From positions 32,262 through 84,357 of the forward strand of contig NW_025215289.1 in NCBI RefSeq assembly GCF_004010195.1: a DNA stretch of 52,096 nt, read 5' to 3'. The position numbers and the translations under genes are program-made. A model generated the notes under the pieces. That model was not told the origin of the DNA. It did not search any database and saw nothing but the letters and a program-made list of their open reading frames with translations. Shown piece by piece: positions 47,090 to 52,096 of this stretch. Source of the DNA: Chiloscyllium plagiosum. Taxonomy: Eukaryota. Numbering within the stretch: the first letter of the stretch is position 1; every line of letters starts with the position of its first letter.

Positions 47090-49770
47090 CATTGCTGCTG
47101 CTGGACAGGGTCTTAGTGAGATCACATCTGGAGTAGTGTGTGCAGATTTAATCTCTTCAATGAAGAAAGGATGTTGTTATATTGGAAGCAGCTCAGAGAT
47201 GGTTCCCTCAACTGATTCCTGCAATGAAGGTGCGAGCTTATAACGAAAGGATTATCAGGTTGATCCAATAGCCATTGGAGTTTACAAAAATGAAAGAAGA
47301 TCTGATTTCAACATAGATGACAGGAACAACTGAAGAGAATTACACAGACAATGGAGGAATCCATTCCGTTCTCCAGCCTGTTACACACGAACAACAGAAG
47401 GATATTCAGGCCTTTGACCCTGTTACACTAGAATAGAACGAGGCTGTTCAGCCCCTGGAGCCTGATGTATATTTACAGGAGGAGGCCAATCAGCCCGTCA
47501 AATCTATAACACTGGCCCCAGAGTAGGCCATGCGGCACCAGTATGCTATTACACAACAACAGAATCAGCCCATTCAGCCACCTCAAGTCTGTAACATAGG
47601 AACTGAAAGCGATCACACAGTGACTGGAGATTTGTTACACTGGGATAACAGGAACCCATTCAGACCCACCGAGTCTGTTGCAAGAGAATTGGATAAGGAT
47701 AAAAACTATCTGAGACTTATTTCATGTGAAAGGAGGAGGTAATTCAGACACGTGCCTGTTGTATGGGAACAAGGGAAGACCAATCGCTCCCTTGGTCTCA
47801 TCTCTGGGATACATGAGGAGACCGTTCAGTATATCCACCTATTATGGAGAAATATGAGAAGACCCATCAGCCCCTCAAAATGTTACACAGCAACGGGAAG
47901 ATTCCATATCCCCCACTCCTCGAACGCATCAACAGGAGGTGGTCATTCTGGCCTTGGAGATGACAACATGGGAATGCCAGAAAGACTTCATCCCATCGAT
48001 TTTGTACACCAACAGAATAATGAGTCCAGTCAGCCACACATACCACTCATGCAGCAATCGGAGCACATCTCTTCAAACCTTTTGCCAATCAAACAGGAAG
48101 TCAAAGAAAACGTAAAGGTTTTAGAAAGGGAAGAACTTATAATAACTGAATACATTAGGGAGTAAAATGTAACAATACAGTATTGCAATTTAAGGCAAAT
48201 TATTAGAATCCATTGCTGTGGACATTTGCAAACGTAAACCACAATTCATCGGAGTCAACATGGTTTTGCAAAGGATAAATCATGATTGAAGTGTTTTCTT
48301 GAGTTATTTAAAGATGTGACAAACAAGGTGGATAGTGGGAATCCTGAAAATGGAATATATCTGGTCTTCGTGAAGGATTCAAATACATCACTTCTCCAAA
48401 GAGTGCGTGGTAAGATCAGACAGCATCGGTTTAGGAGTAATTTATTAGCTTGGATGGAGGATTGGTTAACCAACAAAATGCAGTCAGATGAATTAACTGT
48501 GTGATTTTCTATTGGAAAATGCAATTTGTTGGGTGCCATAGATTTCAGTTCTCATGCTTCAACCATTTGTGATCGACATTATTACTCGGTTGACGGGATA
48601 GAAAATATTATAGCTACATTTTCAGATGACACTAACATTGGTGGGAAATTACTTCGGAATGATGATGCAAGAGATTTAAAAACTATATGTATAGATTGGG
48701 TGAATGGGCAAACATTTGGCAATGAAAATTAAAGTGGATAAATATGGGGTTATTCAAGTTGGCCAGCCTAATAAAAAGGCAAATCATTATCTCAATGGAG
48801 AGAAACTTCAAAGTGCTTAAGTGCAGAGGGATTTGGGTGCCTGCTTGCATATCACAGAAAACCACTTGCGGGTACTTGAAGTAATGAGGAATGCAAGCAT
48901 AACTTGAGCGTTTATTTGTAAAAGGATAGAGTAGAAAGGTTACTGTAGCTATACAAGGCGTTCGTGAGGCTGCAACTGGAGGACAGTTTGGGTGTCCTGC
49001 AGAATGAGGTATTTCCATTGGAGGCAATTCAGAAGAGCTTCATTAGATTGATTCCATATTTGAAGTGTTTGTCTTATGAAGAGAAATTGAGCAGTTTAGG
49101 CCTATACTCTCGAGTTTATAAGAATGAAAGGAGAGCTCATTGAGGTCTGTAAAATGCTAAAAATAATTGAAAGTGTAGCTGTGGAGTGGATATTTTTTCA
49201 TGTGGCGCAATCTACAATAAGAGACTACAGTTTAAGGATCGAGAGATGGCAGGAAAGTGGAACAGAGGCCGCGATGACATCAGCCATGATTGTATTCCAT
49301 GGCGGAGCAAGTTCGAAGGGTTGGATTCCTGACTGATGCTCCTTGTTCATATTCAGCTTTACGGCTGTGTTACACAGTAAAGGGAGAGGAATATATATCA
49401 AACAGGAAGCAGGCACTCCGGATAAATCAGTCTAAATCAATCTGACAGAACATCACCAGTGGAGTCACACAGTGACCAGCGCTGGGTCCTCAACTATTTA
49501 CAATCTATATCGATGATCAGGAGGATGGAACAGATATAGAGATACTGAGTTTGGTCATATTGCTGTGATATGCAAGAGACCAAATTATCAAGAGAGGGTG
49601 GAGGGTCTACAGAAAGATACAGAGAGGTAAAGGCAATGGATAATAATTTGGCAGCTGCAATATAACATGATATAATCTGTCATTTCATTTACAGGAATAA
49701 TGGCATGCAGCATGCTACTGAAATGGAGAGGGATTTCAGGGATTAATGATACTGTGTACTGGGGGGTTTA
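47090..49770 (+). mobile_element. Degenerate CR1 fragments flanking the 42-bp array
   Basis: 47090-47320 is the RT C-terminus; 48100-49340 reads FLELFKDVTNKVDSG..LLAWMEDWL..IATFSDDTNIGG plus a 3' tail; 49440-49770 is another RT piece. Confidence 0.8.
47345..48060 (+). repeat. Highly diverged ~42-bp tandem array (about 17 units)
   Basis: Recurring consensus AGGAACAGGAGGAGGCCATTCAGCCCCTCGAGCCTGTTACAC; 'tacac/aacac' ends at about 47386, 47428, 47512, 47554 and 47640. Confidence 0.75.
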
Positions 49771-50532
49771 CTCAGACCCGTTAAGACATGGGAGGTTTTG
49801 CTCCATCCCTGATCGTCTGCTCCTTGACGCTCCAAGAGACCCCATTGCTCTCCGTACACATGGAATATTTTGAGGTGTTTGATTGGTGATGAGGGATGCT
49901 GCTTTTAAACGTGTATCAAGGGGACGGCCTTTATCCAAGATACATACATTCCTTTCTACATGGAGATCTGAAGACGATGGGAATGGCTGCCTGCTTGTGA
50001 ATGAAGAGGCTGTGGTTGCTGTCTGGACAGGGGTATTCACCAACATGATGTACTGTGATGGGCACACTGCAAGATTATTACAGAGAGTGCTCCTTCAGTT
50101 CCTCTCCCTCTCCCCATTGACACGGCTACTCCGCAGATGCCATGTATATCATCGGGAATCCCACTATACTGGATACACCCGGCAGCTCCCTGCTGAGGGT
50201 GAAACAATATATTTCCCTCATCGACCGTCACTGAATGGTTACATTAATGGCAACATATTGGGAGATGATGGATATGTCACCCAGTCCTGTTTGAAAAGTT
50301 CCAGAACATAGAAGCTGAATGAAACTGTAACCCAAACAGCCACTGGCAGCACCGTCCTTCCCCTGGTGTGAAGCTGCAGGACGTGTTAAAGGAGGTGACA
50401 CCGCTCTGTGACCAGCTCCCTGTTCAATCAGTGTCCCCTCACACTCTGCTCCTGGGTAAAGTGGAGCTTGGGAAGCTGTTCCTGGAAAATCCGGGATGGA
50501 CACAGCAGATCCCTTTCCCCACACACACTCAC

Positions 50533-50575
50533 TGCGTGGTTTCAAAGCTTCCCTTCTCTGCAACCTCTGCTCCAT
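50533..50575 (-). other. Candidate first coding exon, copy 2 (MEQRLQRREALKPR, phase-1 donor)
   Basis: ATG followed by 43 nt and then gtgagt (50532-50527); paralog of 17808-17850. Confidence 0.35.
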
Positions 50576-50764
50576 TTGTTGTTCATGTTGCAGACCCAGA
50601 TGCTGTAACTACAGTCCCCGGCTCCATCCAAACTTGGGTCACCAAATCCTCAGGTCTCCCTGAATGTCTGAGGCAGCTCACAGCACAAACTCCAGCAAAA
50701 CATCCCCAGCCCTGTCACTAACTTTTCAATAACAGGAGTCACTAGGGAACCCCACGTCTATAAG

Positions 50765-51381
50765 TGTTGTGGACAAGACCAGATTCCCGCAAAATATTTT
50801 AAGAAGGCCGCTTACACCCAAACCTTTCGTTATTTTGAATATAGATGTGAAGTGTGCTTTCCAGATATGTTGTGACTGGTCAAACCACTCAACATTAAGC
50901 AAAATATAATCTATTTAAATGTTTTAGTTAAAATACAATCAAAGGAAAGAACATTTCGGGATAGTTTATATGTTGGAACACTTACACAAACAATAGATAC
51001 CGTACCTTCTTGGTATACACTGCTTGGCACAAAAATATATTCAAATACAGATTCTTACATGCAGTTTTCTGATCCAGGCGAAATCAACATCAACAGAGAT
51101 CTCATAGAGAAAAGAGCGGGGGATCATATATTGAAACTTCCAACCATTCTGGGACCCGAACAGCTTCTGGATGCTGCAGCTAAAAACAAAACGAGGAAAC
51201 CTGGTCTGGGAGAGATGGCCACTGCCCTTCCATTGTTACCACCGTTTTAATAAAACCTAAAGGCTTTCTCAGTTATTTACTTAAACTGTTTTCAGACAGC
51301 AGTTCTGCACCTCTGCCTTTAAAACCTCTCGTCAGAAAACCCAAGAGAAAATAATCGTTTTACAGTAATAGTATTCTCACA
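50765..51381 (-). mobile_element. 3' LTR of a Gypsy element
   Basis: TGT...ACA termini; purine-rich tract (reverse complement taaaggtggag) directly adjacent at 51383-51393. Confidence 0.7.
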
Positions 51382-52096
51382 ACTCCACCTTTAATAAAAT
51401 GATCCATCAGTATACAAAGATGGATTTTAGACCTCCTAATCTTCCTCTATTAGTAGACTGGAATGAATATATATATTACATTGACTCTGAGCATACAAAT
51501 GCTCACAACTCGATTCGATTTCAGTCATTTTACTCCTGCCACAGAATGTCTTTTGTCTTTTTTCATCCAAGTTTCCACAACGTGTCAAAACTTACTTTTT
51601 CTCGCCCTGTCAACTTTATAATTTCAAATTGAATGGCAGCAAGAATAAGCTCAGTCGAAACAGACGGGTATTTTACTCCCTAAACTTCTCCAAAATCTTT
51701 AAGGGGTCACGATCAGTGATAAAGTTTTGTCTCAGGTATGTTATTCGCAATTTAAATGCTGAAATATTGTAACGCAATCACCAAGCTCAAGGCCTCCTTC
51801 CTCATTGTGGAATAAATCTGTTGATGTTTCCACTGGACACTCTGACCACACGTTACATAATGGAGCACTTCTCAACTCTCCAATAGTCCTTCTGAATGGC
51901 ATAGCTCCTCATGTCTCAGCATAAAAATATTTCATCCTTCTGTACCACTTAATGCTGTAACCTTTTTACCTGCTACTCCTAGCCTACGCCAGTAAACCTT
52001 ACTCTCACAGGGATATGTTTTAAGACGATCTCACACATTCTTCTCAATCCCTCACAGAAACCAAACTTTGATTTCTGAACCAAATCATCATCAGCC
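51382..52096 (-). mobile_element. Gypsy internal region ending in RNase H
   Basis: Reverse complement reads HQQIYSTMRKEALSLVIALQYF..TDRDPL..LEKFRE*NTRLFRLSLFLLPFNLK; ends about 200 bp before the PPT/LTR. Confidence 0.8.

Noticed and set aside
47345..48060. CRISPR-like repeat/spacer appearance
   Set aside because: No invariant repeat with unique spacers, no cas genes, and a eukaryotic context; it is a decayed tandem repeat.

Overview
Repeat-dominated eukaryotic genomic DNA with six N-gaps. The organism is almost certainly an elasmobranch (shark or ray), inferred from HE1-type tRNA-derived SINEs and their partner HER1/CR1 LINEs. I find no recognisable intact host protein-coding gene. Much of the window is nested transposon debris: many CR1-clade LINE fragments (one young, with a stop-free RT ORF at 16069-17097), HE1 and DeuSINE-like SINEs, L2 relics, two Gypsy LTR elements with apparent Gmr1-type (integrase-before-RT) order, a Harbinger Myb/SANT relic, and many Penelope-like (GIY-YIG) element pieces. 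The most striking hidden signal is about 14 minimal hammerhead-ribozyme motifs (CUGANGA-stem II-GAAA-palindrome/NUH) from four sequence families. Most lie in Penelope-derived inserts, several of which are tiny, internally inverted and flanked by 12-14 bp target-site duplications. Other notable items are a duplicated candidate first coding exon (MEQRLQRxEALKPR|gtgagt) 32.7 kb apart, a highly eroded ~42-bp array derived from the CR1 3' tail, a tandem segmental duplication, and a micro-inversion inside a LINE endonuclease. Repeat-family names come from recalled motifs, not a database search, and element boundaries are approximate.
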